The notes beneath the pieces are model-generated. The model saw only the letters and a list, made by a program, of their open reading frames with translations. It searched no databases and had not been told where the DNA came from. The position numbers and the translations under genes are program-made. From a virus (lineage: Duplodnaviria > Caudoviricetes): DNA of 42,988 nt. The stretch spans positions 1 to 42,988 of the IMG/VR virus record IMGVR_UViG_3300034151_000005. The stretch is one strand, 5' to 3'. Below are positions 26,167 through 35,111 of the stretch, piece by piece. Position 1 is the stretch's first letter. Every line of letters begins with the position of its first letter.

Positions 26167-28862
26167 ACCGCCACCTCGAAGACATAGATCATCGGACGCC
26201 CAGGACTCCCGCCGTTGCGCCCGTCGCGGTCACCCTTCACCACATACAGCCGGTTCGTCGTCGCATCGAACCACGACCCGTCAATCTTGTACGCATCGTC
26301 TTCCCACTCCGCCGAGCCCGCAAAGTACGTCTCGGCCATGTCGGCGACGTACGTTTCCTGCAACTCCCACGGCTGGATGTCGCCGTTCGCGCTGTCGATG
26401 AACTCCTGCGGGTCGTAAATCAGGAGATGATTCCGCATGCTGCTCGACTGGTCGCCAGGCGTCGAGTCGGCCTTGCGGACGTCGCTCTGGCCATGGCAGC
26501 ACGGCCCCGGCCCGTACCATTGGTGCACGACGGGATAGGTGTCGCTCGGGACGTTGATGCGCGCGAAGAAGCACACGCCGTACTTGGTGCCGACGTCGAT
26601 CCACACCCCGGCAAAGCAGGCATCCAGGTACCAGACGTTCGGGACCTCAATCACCCACGAGCCATTGGCGCAGTCGTACGGGGGAATGCCGGGATCATTG
26701 GTCCCCGGTGTGCTGCCCCAGCCGCAATACCGATAGTCGTCCGCGTCGGTATACCGCGCTTTTTTGTTCGAGATGCTGTGAAACAGTGTATCGAGCGTGT
26801 CGATGCTCCACCGTGGCTGCGCGCCGGTCGGCCCGTTTGGCGCAGACTCACCCGGCACCGTCTCGAGCGCGTCGGCGGGCCGCGTCAGGTAGTCGGCGAC
26901 GAACGCGGCGGGTTGGAGGACGGGGCCCCACGGGGCCGTGGCATTGCCGCTCGTGGTCGACGCCCCGAGGCCTAACGTGCGCCCGCCAAAGTGCGCGTCC
27001 GCGATGGCTTGGGGGATCGCCATCATGTAGCCGCCCGTGCGCTTGCTGCCCGTCCGGGTGCGCCAGTGGCCATACTTCGTGAGCGTACCCGCGTCGTCAT
27101 CGAGGACGGCCATCCCGATGCTCGGGTCATTCCATCCGCTGACGTTGTACCGTGCGCCGTAGGCGTACCACACGGCGTTGCGGCTCTCGTCCCACAGAAT
27201 GCCGGCCATCACGGAGCCGTTGGTGTCCACGATGGGCCGAATCCCCGCCGACATCGCGCCCCAATTCTTGATCAGCGTGGCATACGGCGCCGTGTTCGGG
27301 TTGGTCGTCCACGATCCTTCGGACGGGATGGTCAGTTCATAGAGCTGATAGCCGTTGTAGCCGTTCGAGGGTGCGTCGCCCGTGCCGGTCATGAGCAACC
27401 GCAGTTCGCCGTCCACGTACCGGCCCGTAATGCTGCCGCGCTGGTAGAAGAAGCCCCACGAGTCGCCTGCGCCCGTGTCCGGTGGCGCGGCGAACATGCC
27501 CAAATAGGTGAAGTCTTCCGGCGTCAGCAGCAACGGGTCGACGTCATTGACCGCGGCGGACCCCGTGACCGCATAGCTGCCGGCGGAGGTCGCGAAGGCA
27601 TAATCGGACTGCGCCGACTCGGCCGCGCTCCCAGTCGTGGCGTAGCTGCCCGCCGACGCCAACAGGAAGTACTCAGCCGGTTCGGGCTCCGGGTCAGGAA
27701 TCGGCACGCCAGGCGTCACACCCGTGACCACCACCGTATCGCCCGCGAGCCCCAACTGGAGGTCGTAGATGGCACCCGAGGTGCGGTCACCCACCAGATG
27801 CGCCCCGAAGGCGTACGTGTGGCACCGCCCGAGGTGCGGCTGCCAATCGAGCTTGATGGCATCCCACATCGCGCGCTCGTGCCACTCCCGCGTCGCCGCG
27901 TCGTAGACCCACGTCGTTGCGAAGCCGCGCACGGTCTCGAGGTCGGGCACGTACAGCACATAGAAGGTGTGCCCCTCTTGCTGGTACGTCCACGCAATCG
28001 CGTCATCGATGCGGTGGGCCTGTCCGAGCGCGAACTCCACCGCATGCGTCGACACCCGTTCGGGCGTGTACCCGTTCGCACGCCAGACGATGCGGTCTCC
28101 GCTCACCCCGGAGCCGAGCCACATGATCGCGTTATCGAACGGCACCGCGGTAAACGCCGCCCCGCAGCCCTGCTCGATCTTGACGCCCGGCACCGGCTGA
28201 TAGGGCACGTCCGCGTCGCCCGTGTTCGACCACACCGACGTGGTCTGCGACCCAAACAGCCACAAGTCGCGATGGCTCTCCACGAGCGCGACGACCTGAT
28301 CGGCTACCGTCGACACCTGAAACACGTCGAGCGCGTCCCAGTCGGTGCCGTCGTAGAGCGCGGAGATCTGGAACTCGTTGGAGTTCGCGCGCAAGGCGAT
28401 GAAGTAGCCATCGCTGAATGTCGCCATCCGGGTCGGCCGTGTCGGGCCCCCGATGCCGTCATCGGGCAGCAGGATGAACGTATTCAGCGCGAGGTCGAAC
28501 AGGAAGTCGTTGCCGGCCGACGTGACGAGCAGCTGATTGCCGTTGGTGCCGTTGCTGCTGATGGTCGCCGGGAAGGCGTTGGCGTTGACCAACCCACGCA
28601 ACGTCGCCGTATGGTTGGCGAAGATCTCGTAAAAGCCGGTGCCCACGACCGTAAACGCCCGCCCGTCCATGGAGAACAGCGCGCGCACTGGCCCATCGGC
28701 GAGGACCACGAACGGCGCGAGGCCAGGGGTTGGCGCGAGCCAGGGCGTCGCCTTGGGCGTGCCGCCGACGTTCTCCAAGTACCAATTGATCGTCCGCTCA
28801 GCATTGACGTTGATGGAGCGGACGCGCCCGGACGGGCCAATGAAGCCGGGGTACTTGGCCAT
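26163..28862 (-). CDS. Fusion: P22 gp10-like tail hub N-terminal ~375 aa, linker with two repeats, ~460-aa putative receptor-binding domain (899 aa)
   Basis: Start at TAATG 28862 (MAKYPGFIGPS...RTINWY...PTPGL...DGYF...LWLFG...W.NTG...YQQEGHTFYVL...TWVYD....WHER...HLVGD); lacks the gp10 C-terminal module. Confidence 0.85.
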   Translation of the reverse strand: MAKYPGFIGPSGRVRSINVNAERTINWYLENVGGTPKATPWLAPTPGLAPFVVLADGPVRALFSMDGRAFTVVGTGFYEIFANHTATLRGLVNANAFPATISSNGTNGNQLLVTSAGNDFLFDLALNTFILLPDDGIGGPTRPTRMATFSDGYFIALRANSNEFQISALYDGTDWDALDVFQVSTVADQVVALVESHRDLWLFGSQTTSVWSNTGDADVPYQPVPGVKIEQGCGAAFTAVPFDNAIMWLGSGVSGDRIVWRANGYTPERVSTHAVEFALGQAHRIDDAIAWTYQQEGHTFYVLYVPDLETVRGFATTWVYDAATREWHERAMWDAIKLDWQPHLGRCHTYAFGAHLVGDRTSGAIYDLQLGLAGDTVVVTGVTPGVPIPDPEPEPAEYFLLASAGSYATTGSAAESAQSDYAFATSAGSYAVTGSAAVNDVDPLLLTPEDFTYLGMFAAPPDTGAGDSWGFFYQRGSITGRYVDGELRLLMTGTGDAPSNGYNGYQLYELTIPSEGSWTTNPNTAPYATLIKNWGAMSAGIRPIVDTNGSVMAGILWDESRNAVWYAYGARYNVSGWNDPSIGMAVLDDDAGTLTKYGHWRTRTGSKRTGGYMMAIPQAIADAHFGGRTLGLGASTTSGNATAPWGPVLQPAAFVADYLTRPADALETVPGESAPNGPTGAQPRWSIDTLDTLFHSISNKKARYTDADDYRYCGWGSTPGTNDPGIPPYDCANGSWVIEVPNVWYLDACFAGVWIDVGTKYGVCFFARINVPSDTYPVVHQWYGPGPCCHGQSDVRKADSTPGDQSSSMRNHLLIYDPQEFIDSANGDIQPWELQETYVADMAETYFAGSAEWEDDAYKIDGSWFDATTNRLYVVKGDRDGRNGGSPGRPMIYVFEVAV

Positions 28863-29605
28863 TACTGGTCCGTGTTGATGTTGTAGCCGTACCGGCCGGT
28901 GTGTGGCAGCAGACCCGGATCGAAGCCGAGATCCATCATCGGCACATTGAGCCGCTTGATGTCGCCAAGCGCATCCGAGGCGCCCATCGCGATCTCCGCC
29001 GTGAGCGCTTTGCCGTACTCGGGCGCCAGCATCTTCGCGAGGTTGTACCGGAGCGCCGTCACGTAGCCTGGGGCCATCACGTAGGAGGTCGTCAACGCGG
29101 CGAACTGCGCGAGCGCCTGTGGCGCATACACGATGACCGGGTTGATGGCGGTATTGGGCACCGGCCAGAACGAGAACGTGCCCGAGGGCATCGTCGCCTC
29201 GTAGTACACGGCGGTCGGCTGTGAGTTCTCCAGCGTCTTCTGCTGGATCGCCTGATACGCCATCTCCGTCAGCGCCCCGAGCGGTAGCTCCGTCTCCGGC
29301 GTCGCATACGAGAGCAGCAATGTCACGAGGTCGACCGACTCCGGCCGCGCGCCGATCCAGTCCGGCGTGGGTACGGTGCCCGTCGGGCCAATGGTGTAGG
29401 TCGCCTGACCTGCGACAAGGTCGTACTGCGACCGCGAGACGACCTGCATCGTCAACCGCTGCGTCGCCCAACTGTCGACCATCTCGTTCAGCCGGTCGAA
29501 CGCCTCCAGCATTTCGGCTGACGACGGCTCTTCGCCCTGCGCGGTGACGCCGAGCAGCCGCATAGTGCCGACGATGAGCGAGCGTGCCGTGACGGTGCGG
29601 GCCAT
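28862..29605 (-). CDS. Head-to-tail adaptor (P22 gp4-like position)
   Basis: TARSLI...LLGV..QGE.P...LNEMVDSW...ALRYNLA..LAPEYG; directly upstream of the gp10-like gene. Confidence 0.8.
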   Translation of the reverse strand: MARTVTARSLIVGTMRLLGVTAQGEEPSSAEMLEAFDRLNEMVDSWATQRLTMQVVSRSQYDLVAGQATYTIGPTGTVPTPDWIGARPESVDLVTLLLSYATPETELPLGALTEMAYQAIQQKTLENSQPTAVYYEATMPSGTFSFWPVPNTAINPVIVYAPQALAQFAALTTSYVMAPGYVTALRYNLAKMLAPEYGKALTAEIAMGASDALGDIKRLNVPMMDLGFDPGLLPHTGRYGYNINTDQ

Positions 29606-29608
29606 GGC

Positions 29609-29857
29609 TTATCGCTGGTACAGAGCCACCATGAGCGTCGGGACGGTGCTGGCGTCGTTGACGCGCTTCGCCTTCACCGGCAGGATGCCGCCGGCAATCG
29701 CGGTAAACGGCACGAGGATGCCGTCTTCGCGTACCACGACCACGACGCCCGCCGTGCCGACGTAAATAGCATCGCACACGCCATCAGGGAAGTTGACGGT
29801 GTCGCTCTTCGTGATGGTGGCGTAGTAGTTGAAGTTCTGGAGGACTTGCGACATCAC
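29609..29857 (-). CDS. Head spike base protein, RcGTA Rcc01079-like
   Basis: ITKSD...AIYVGTAG.V.V...G..V.F...GGILPV...RV pattern; 82 aa. Confidence 0.7.
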   Translation of the reverse strand: MMSQVLQNFNYYATITKSDTVNFPDGVCDAIYVGTAGVVVVVREDGILVPFTAIAGGILPVKAKRVNDASTVPTLMVALYQR

Positions 29858-30090
29858 GTCTCCTTGAGAAACTCAGCCGGAGAATCGCCCCAGCCCGCCC
29901 CGAGCGCGGCTTCCGCCTCGGGCGTGTCGACCGTCTGCGGCGGCTCCGTGGCGTGGTACTTCACCTTCGGGAAGAGCGGGCCCTCAACCGTGGGCAACGA
30001 CGACGCCAGTTCCGCCACCAACGCCTTCACGGGCGCGAAGTAGCTTTCCTTCGGGTCGTACGTGTCCTTGTCCTGTGGCCGTTTTGCCAT
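29854..30090 (-). CDS. Small head-region hypothetical protein
   Basis: FPKVKYH...V...EAEAALGAGWGDSP motif. Confidence 0.65.
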   Translation of the reverse strand: MAKRPQDKDTYDPKESYFAPVKALVAELASSLPTVEGPLFPKVKYHATEPPQTVDTPEAEAALGAGWGDSPAEFLKET

Positions 30091-30095
30091 GGGGT

Positions 30096-30569
30096 CTACT
30101 CCGTGATGTGGGTCGGGCTGTCCGCTGACCGCTTGCGGTACTCGCGCCGCGCCGGTTCCGTCATCGACTGCGCGGCATAGGCGACTTCCGCCGCAGCCTG
30201 GGCGATCGCGCGCTGACTGCCTTCATAGGCGTCCTTCGCCGCGTCGGGATGCTTGTGCCAGCCCTGCGCGACGAGTTCCTCGAGGTGCTGCTCGTTCTTC
30301 GCGATGGTGTCGCGTACCGTCACCTTGCCCTGCGTGCCGTCGGTGTGCGCCTGGAAGACGGTCATCGGGAAGTAGCGCGCCTCATAGCGCCGCACCCCGC
30401 CGTTCTGCTCCAGCTCGAAGAACGGCACGCGCTGGACTTGCTGCGCGAAGCCGGCAACGTGCGTCGTGTACGTCTCGGCATCCTCCGGCGTATAGGGACT
30501 GCCGTCATTCTTGCGCTTCGCTGACGGCGCGAGCGGCATCAACTTGGACTCATCGACTGCGAGAGGCAT
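30096..30569 (-). CDS. Head-region hypothetical protein (157 aa)
   Basis: FPMTVF...HLEELVAQGWHKHP resembles the neighbouring small ORF; TGATG-coupled. Confidence 0.65.
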   Translation of the reverse strand: MPLAVDESKLMPLAPSAKRKNDGSPYTPEDAETYTTHVAGFAQQVQRVPFFELEQNGGVRRYEARYFPMTVFQAHTDGTQGKVTVRDTIAKNEQHLEELVAQGWHKHPDAAKDAYEGSQRAIAQAAAEVAYAAQSMTEPARREYRKRSADSPTHITE

Positions 30570-31165
30570 CACGACTCCTTCGAGACAGGTTTCCGAATGC
30601 GCCACGACCGAGGCGCGACCACTTCAACGGTGAGGTTCATCGCCACGGCCCACGGGTCGACGGCGTCACGCACGCTCGGCCAGTCGTAGTCGTGCCCGCC
30701 GATCCAGCCACCAGGCGCGACGACCGGCCACCACGCGACCAACTCCTGCGCGACGTGCGCCGTGCGGTGGTCATCGTCCAGCCACACCATCCACGCGCTG
30801 TCGGGCTGATGCTGCTTCGCCGCGGAGAGCGAATCCTTGACGGTAATCGTGATGAGCGGCAGCAAGTCACCCACATTCGCCCGACAGGCCGCTTCGAGCC
30901 CGCCCGGTGCCGCTTGCGCCTTCACGAGCGCCTTCTGAAAGTGCGGCTCGGTGATGTGATCGACCGTGATGCCATTGAACGTGTCGTACGCGAAGAGCTG
31001 GAGCCCCTTGTTGGCCTGCGCGGCGAGTTCACACAGCATGCGGGTCGACCGCCCGAAAAAGCAGCCAATTTCAATCAAAGTAGCGCCTGGCGCTGCGGTC
31101 TCCACTGCTTCGGCATAGGCCGGGGCGAAGTCGCACCAGCCGACAATCGACCGCCACGCCGTCAC
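30569..31165 (-). CDS. Class I SAM-dependent methyltransferase (Methyltransf_24-like)
   Basis: LIEIGCFFGRST, YDTF, VWLDDDH, PGGWIGGHDY. Confidence 0.85.
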   Translation of the reverse strand: MTAWRSIVGWCDFAPAYAEAVETAAPGATLIEIGCFFGRSTRMLCELAAQANKGLQLFAYDTFNGITVDHITEPHFQKALVKAQAAPGGLEAACRANVGDLLPLITITVKDSLSAAKQHQPDSAWMVWLDDDHRTAHVAQELVAWWPVVAPGGWIGGHDYDWPSVRDAVDPWAVAMNLTVEVVAPRSWRIRKPVSKES

Positions 31166-31857
31166 GCGGACACCGCCGCTCGCGCCTGTGGCATCGGCCG
31201 ATACGTGATGACGTTCCCCGAGCGGTCACGAATGACCGTCACCCACTGCCCGTCTGGCATCTGGTGCGGCCATAGTTCGATGTGGCTGATGTGCCCGAGC
31301 CGTACCGACGGATCGCCGTAAATCGGCACGCCCGCCTCGGTCAACTGCCGACAGAAGTCGAGATCATCGCACCACTGGTCAGGCGCGCCGTGCTTCCCGA
31401 GCGTCCACCAGTAGGGCCCACCGACCGCTTCGAGCGCGTCCCGCCGCGTCAGCATCCCGCCACTCGTGCACGCGGCCAACGGCACCAGCCCATCGGCCCG
31501 GCTCGGCACCGGAGGCTGCGGGTAGAAGGCCGAGGCCGCGCTCACGTTCGTATGGAGCCACAAGGGCTCAAAATCGGCATGTCGTTGCACCGACAACCCC
31601 ACGACGACCGGCACGTCATGCCGCAACAGGCGCATCAACGTGTCCGTGCGAAACGTGAGGTCGTCATCGAGCCAAAACACCCACTCGGCGCCCCAATCGA
31701 GCGCCATGCGAGCGATGAGGTTCCGATTTGCTGCTGCCGACGACCCACGGCCGGGAATCACGCGCGTACCGGGGGGCCGCTCCAAGTCGCAGAGGTTCCC
31801 CCAAAAAGCCGACCACCGGCCCTGTTCACTGCACGGTACGCCGATGACTCCCGGCAT
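31162..31857 (-). CDS. GT-A fold (family 2-like) glycosyltransferase
   Basis: ANRN, WVFWLDDDL (DxD), GGMLTRR, DDLDFC, GH motifs. Confidence 0.85.
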   Translation of the reverse strand: MPGVIGVPCSEQGRWSAFWGNLCDLERPPGTRVIPGRGSSAAANRNLIARMALDWGAEWVFWLDDDLTFRTDTLMRLLRHDVPVVVGLSVQRHADFEPLWLHTNVSAASAFYPQPPVPSRADGLVPLAACTSGGMLTRRDALEAVGGPYWWTLGKHGAPDQWCDDLDFCRQLTEAGVPIYGDPSVRLGHISHIELWPHQMPDGQWVTVIRDRSGNVITYRPMPQARAAVSA

Positions 31858-31863
31858 CGTGGC

Positions 31864-32463
31864 TTAGCCCACCGTCACGTTGCGGAGATCCTCGATCAGC
31901 CACTGCGTGGCCGACGCGCGAATCACCATGTTGTCGCCCTTGGCGCCGCCGAACGTGGCGACGTCGCCCGTCGTGCCCGCGCCGTTGTAGCCAGTCGTGT
32001 TCGTGACCGTGTAGGCGTCGGCCGTACCCGCCATGATGGTGAGCCGGCGCCCCGCCGACCCAGGTGTCGGGTCCACGAGCGTGTAGGCCGTGGTCGTGTC
32101 CGAGTTCAGGATGATGAAACTGTCCTTGCTCGGCACGGCAATCGCCGTCGGCGTGGCCCCGTAGGTGATGAACCCTTCGGCATCCGGGGGAATCGGCGCG
32201 ACTTCCCCCAGCGGCACACCGGGAAACTCCGAGGTCGGCCCTGCGCTGACCGGCGCCGTCGGGTGATGGGCAACGGCGGCCGTGCCTTCGGTGCCGCGCC
32301 CGCTCACCTTGACCACGAGGCCGGAGACCTCGGTGATCTTGCCGAGGTACTCCTGGTCCACGAGGACCGTATAGCCGACGGTGAAGCCGGTGGCCGCCGC
32401 CACCTTGAACTGAAGGGCGGAATCGGTGATCGCTGCGGACAGCGTCGTTGTCGTGATCGCCAT
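31864..32463 (-). CDS. Putative capsid decoration/head fibre protein
   Basis: Immediately after the coat gene; TTLSAAI...VDQE...RGTEGTAAVAH beta-rich module. Confidence 0.6.
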   Translation of the reverse strand: MAITTTTLSAAITDSALQFKVAAATGFTVGYTVLVDQEYLGKITEVSGLVVKVSGRGTEGTAAVAHHPTAPVSAGPTSEFPGVPLGEVAPIPPDAEGFITYGATPTAIAVPSKDSFIILNSDTTTAYTLVDPTPGSAGRRLTIMAGTADAYTVTNTTGYNGAGTTGDVATFGGAKGDNMVIRASATQWLIEDLRNVTVG

Positions 32464-32467
32464 GGTC

Positions 32468-33712
32468 TTATGCTCCCCACGCCCGCGCGGCGAGTTCGGG
32501 ACGAATGGTCTTCCAGCCGCAGAGGTAGTCCAGCCGCGAGACGTTCATGTCGGTCTGAATGTTGTACTGCTCGACGTACCGAAGCGACACACCCAGTTGG
32601 TTGTTGCTGACGCGCGAGGACTTCGCTCCGCCGTTCGGCATCTCCAGGTCCGCCATCACCATCGTGAAGGCGTCAGGATGGTAGAGCAGGGCCTGGCTCG
32701 AGGTGGTCGCCGTCAACGTGCCCGCCGACGCCGCCGTGGCGCCGAGGACCGTGATCACGGCCTGATGCGCCGGGCTGTTCGTCACCGTCTGGAACGGGCC
32801 AGACGTGATGATCGCTGGAGCAATCGGGATGGTCATGTTGACCGTGGTCGCCGCGTTGTCGATGTCGGCCGTCACGACGAACTGCTGCAGCGCGCCCGTG
32901 CTCTGGTAGTTCTGCGGATTGACGGCAAACACGCCGCCCACCGTGAACACGTCCCCGCGCTTCAGGGTCGTGACGCCAGAGGCCCAGCCGTTCGTGATGA
33001 GCGACGATCCGGTCTGGTCCGCCGTGTTGACGAGCGGCGTGGACGTGGTGAACGCGCCGGTCGTGTGCCGCGCGACGTTCTGATCCATGAACCAGCTATC
33101 AAACCCCAGCGCAGGCCCGGCGAACTGACCGGAACGGAAGTTCGAGCTGATGGTGCTGGACGGGTTGAACACCGCGACGTTGGCGTTGCTGATGGTCGCC
33201 GTCGACAGCGGGTCGAGAATGGCCTTGCGGCCATCGACCGGCGTACCCGCGTTGCTGAGGATGGCCCCCGCCGTCAGGTACGTGATGTTGGTCGAGATGG
33301 CGACGCCAGGCGTGCCGACCGACTGGTACACCTCGGGATAGCAGCGCGCGAGCCCGTCGTAATCGATGGTGTTGGCGAGCTGCTCGGAAGCCGGCTTGAT
33401 GTACCGGCGACGGAAGTCGTCGACTTCGAGCGTCATCGACGCACTGGAGAACGAGATCGCGACGTTCTTCTGGTCCGTGATCGTGACCGGGACGTACGTA
33501 TCGGTCACGTTCTGGACCTGGAGCGCCTGTCCAGAGGTCGTACGGAACCGCTGCGGCAGTCGGGCCTTGACGGTATAGCCAACCTTCGCGCCGGCCTGCG
33601 AATACTGGTCGTCGTACGACCGATTGACGTTGCCGGCGAACTTCAGGGAGTTGACAAGGATCGCAGCCGATTCCTTGGTAATCCAGTCAGGGGTAATGAT
33701 GGTGTTTGCCAC
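32468..33712 (-). CDS. Major capsid protein, P22 coat (gp5) family
   Basis: MANTIITPDWITKE...NRSYDDQ...KVG.TV..RLP...YIKPA..LAN.ID...RLD.L.G...IRPELA; 414 aa. Confidence 0.92.
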   Translation of the reverse strand: MANTIITPDWITKESAAILVNSLKFAGNVNRSYDDQYSQAGAKVGYTVKARLPQRFRTTSGQALQVQNVTDTYVPVTITDQKNVAISFSSASMTLEVDDFRRRYIKPASEQLANTIDYDGLARCYPEVYQSVGTPGVAISTNITYLTAGAILSNAGTPVDGRKAILDPLSTATISNANVAVFNPSSTISSNFRSGQFAGPALGFDSWFMDQNVARHTTGAFTTSTPLVNTADQTGSSLITNGWASGVTTLKRGDVFTVGGVFAVNPQNYQSTGALQQFVVTADIDNAATTVNMTIPIAPAIITSGPFQTVTNSPAHQAVITVLGATAASAGTLTATTSSQALLYHPDAFTMVMADLEMPNGGAKSSRVSNNQLGVSLRYVEQYNIQTDMNVSRLDYLCGWKTIRPELAARAWGA

Positions 33713-33760
33713 GGGTGGCCCTCTCGGGTGGCCACGGGTGCATCACCAACGACGATCTCC

Positions 33761-34732
33761 CTACCGCCGTGCTTTACGGTCGCGTTCAAACGCGCGCCGC
33801 ACGAACTCCGGCCCAAAGGGTAAGTCGTCGAGGGACGTCTCCGCTACCACGGGTGCGCTGCCCACCGGCTTAATGGGCGCTGACACGTTCGGTCGGTATC
33901 CCCCCGCAACTGAGCCGTTGCTGGCAGTCGGCGTGGCGTGCACTTTGCTTTCCAACAGGCGACGCACCACGGAGGCAGCCGCCGTACCGAGACTTTGAGT
34001 CTCATACGCCAACTGAGCGCCTTCTTCCGGGTGCGTCGCCAGGAAGTACGCGATTGCGGGGCCATCGTTAGAGGCGATAATCGCCGCTTCCATGGCCGCC
34101 GATACGGGGAGGCGCGATGCCTCCTGAATCTTCTCGAAATAGTCGGGCGTCTTCGCCGCGAACGACTGTATGCGTTCGGTATGCGTCAAGACCGCCTGCT
34201 CGTGCTGCTGGCGCGCGACCTGTTCGTACTGCGCGGCCTGGATCTGCTGCCACTTCTGCTCAGCTTTCCACTCCGCGCGCGCATCCACCCATGACTCGTA
34301 GCTGTCGAACTCGGCCAACTGCGGGCCGGTGGCTGGGTCCTGCTGTGGCGCTGGACGCTCTTGCGGCTCTGCTGGGGCTGTCGGTGGCGTGCGGTACGAC
34401 TCCAACTGCGCGCGGTAGGTGTCGCGCTCGCGTTCGGCGGCTCGCTGCTGCGCCACCGCCTTGTCGATGCGCGCCTGCACGCTGTCACGCTTGGCAAACT
34501 TACCGTCGGCGCCCCGCTCACGTCCGCTGTCCGGCGTCTCGGGCGTTTCAGCGTCCGCCGCCACGGGGGTCGCGGCGTCACCGTCCGCCTCTCGCTCAGG
34601 CGCCGACGCGGCAGGGCGCGCAACGGCCTCGGGCGTCGACGGGGAGGCATCGACACCCAAGCTCTCCCGCACGGCATTCGCGTCGGGGTTGCTGCTCTCA
34701 ATCACGAAGCCGTCCGATTCGACGGTGCTCAC
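33761..34732 (-). CDS. Scaffolding protein
   Basis: Acidic helical protein (VQARIDK, P...FDSYE, GPAIAYFLA.HP) directly upstream of the coat gene. Confidence 0.8.
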   Translation of the reverse strand: MSTVESDGFVIESSNPDANAVRESLGVDASPSTPEAVARPAASAPEREADGDAATPVAADAETPETPDSGRERGADGKFAKRDSVQARIDKAVAQQRAAERERDTYRAQLESYRTPPTAPAEPQERPAPQQDPATGPQLAEFDSYESWVDARAEWKAEQKWQQIQAAQYEQVARQQHEQAVLTHTERIQSFAAKTPDYFEKIQEASRLPVSAAMEAAIIASNDGPAIAYFLATHPEEGAQLAYETQSLGTAAASVVRRLLESKVHATPTASNGSVAGGYRPNVSAPIKPVGSAPVVAETSLDDLPFGPEFVRRAFERDRKARR

Positions 34733-34920
34733 GGTGTGGCTCCAAAGCGGTACGAGTTGGCGGCGTCATACAGGGGCGACACGAACGGATGCACATCAAG
34801 TCGTTCAAGAAAGAACCGCGCAAGCTCTCGCACGATCCGCCGTGATGGGAGCGGAGTCGTCCTCAGCAGGCGACGTCGCTCTCGTGACCGTCGACGCTGA
34901 AGATTCGCCTTCCCGCTCAT
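34729..34920 (-). CDS. Small basic hypothetical protein
   Basis: Coupled by 4-nt overlaps on both sides. Confidence 0.5.
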   Translation of the reverse strand: MSGKANLQRRRSRERRRLLRTTPLPSRRIVRELARFFLERLDVHPFVSPLYDAANSYRFGATP

Positions 34921-35111
34921 GCCTCGACGCCCACGCGCGCCAACCCTTCACGGATCCGCTTGACCGTCTCGGCGTTCGCGATGTCGTCGAGCGCCTCGAA
35001 GAACTCCCGCACGTTCGTCGGCTTCTGTACGAGGTGCCGCTTGACCTTGCGAAACCGACGCTCATCGAGCGGGCCCCCGAGCAACGCCACAGCGACATCA
35101 TGCGGGCTCAC
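34917..35111 (-). CDS. Small hypothetical protein
   Basis: Coupled by 4-nt overlaps on both sides. Confidence 0.55.
   Translation of the reverse strand: MSPHDVAVALLGGPLDERRFRKVKRHLVQKPTNVREFFEALDDIANAETVKRIREGLARVGVEA

Noticed and set aside
9016-27530. Diversity-generating retroelement (TR/VR pair) in the duplicated domain
   Set aside because: No reverse transcriptase found; both copies are long coding regions, and in the segments compared the differences are largely synonymous and not adenine-specific.
26991-28886. Long plus-strand ORFs (e.g. 631 aa here, also 11789-13168, 31282-32610, 32426-33823, 39-1238)
   Set aside because: Antisense shadows of high-GC genes, with Arg-rich composition and no recognisable motifs.
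28863-29777. 305-codon N-terminal extension of the 1204-aa ORF
   Set aside because: Arg-rich alternative frame overlapping the gp4-like and spike-base genes; the real start is the TAATG-coupled ATG at 28862.
33708-33742. Hairpin and short repeats over the coat-gene RBS as a translational regulator
   Set aside because: The GTGGCC/GGCCAC stem is short and could arise by chance at this GC content.
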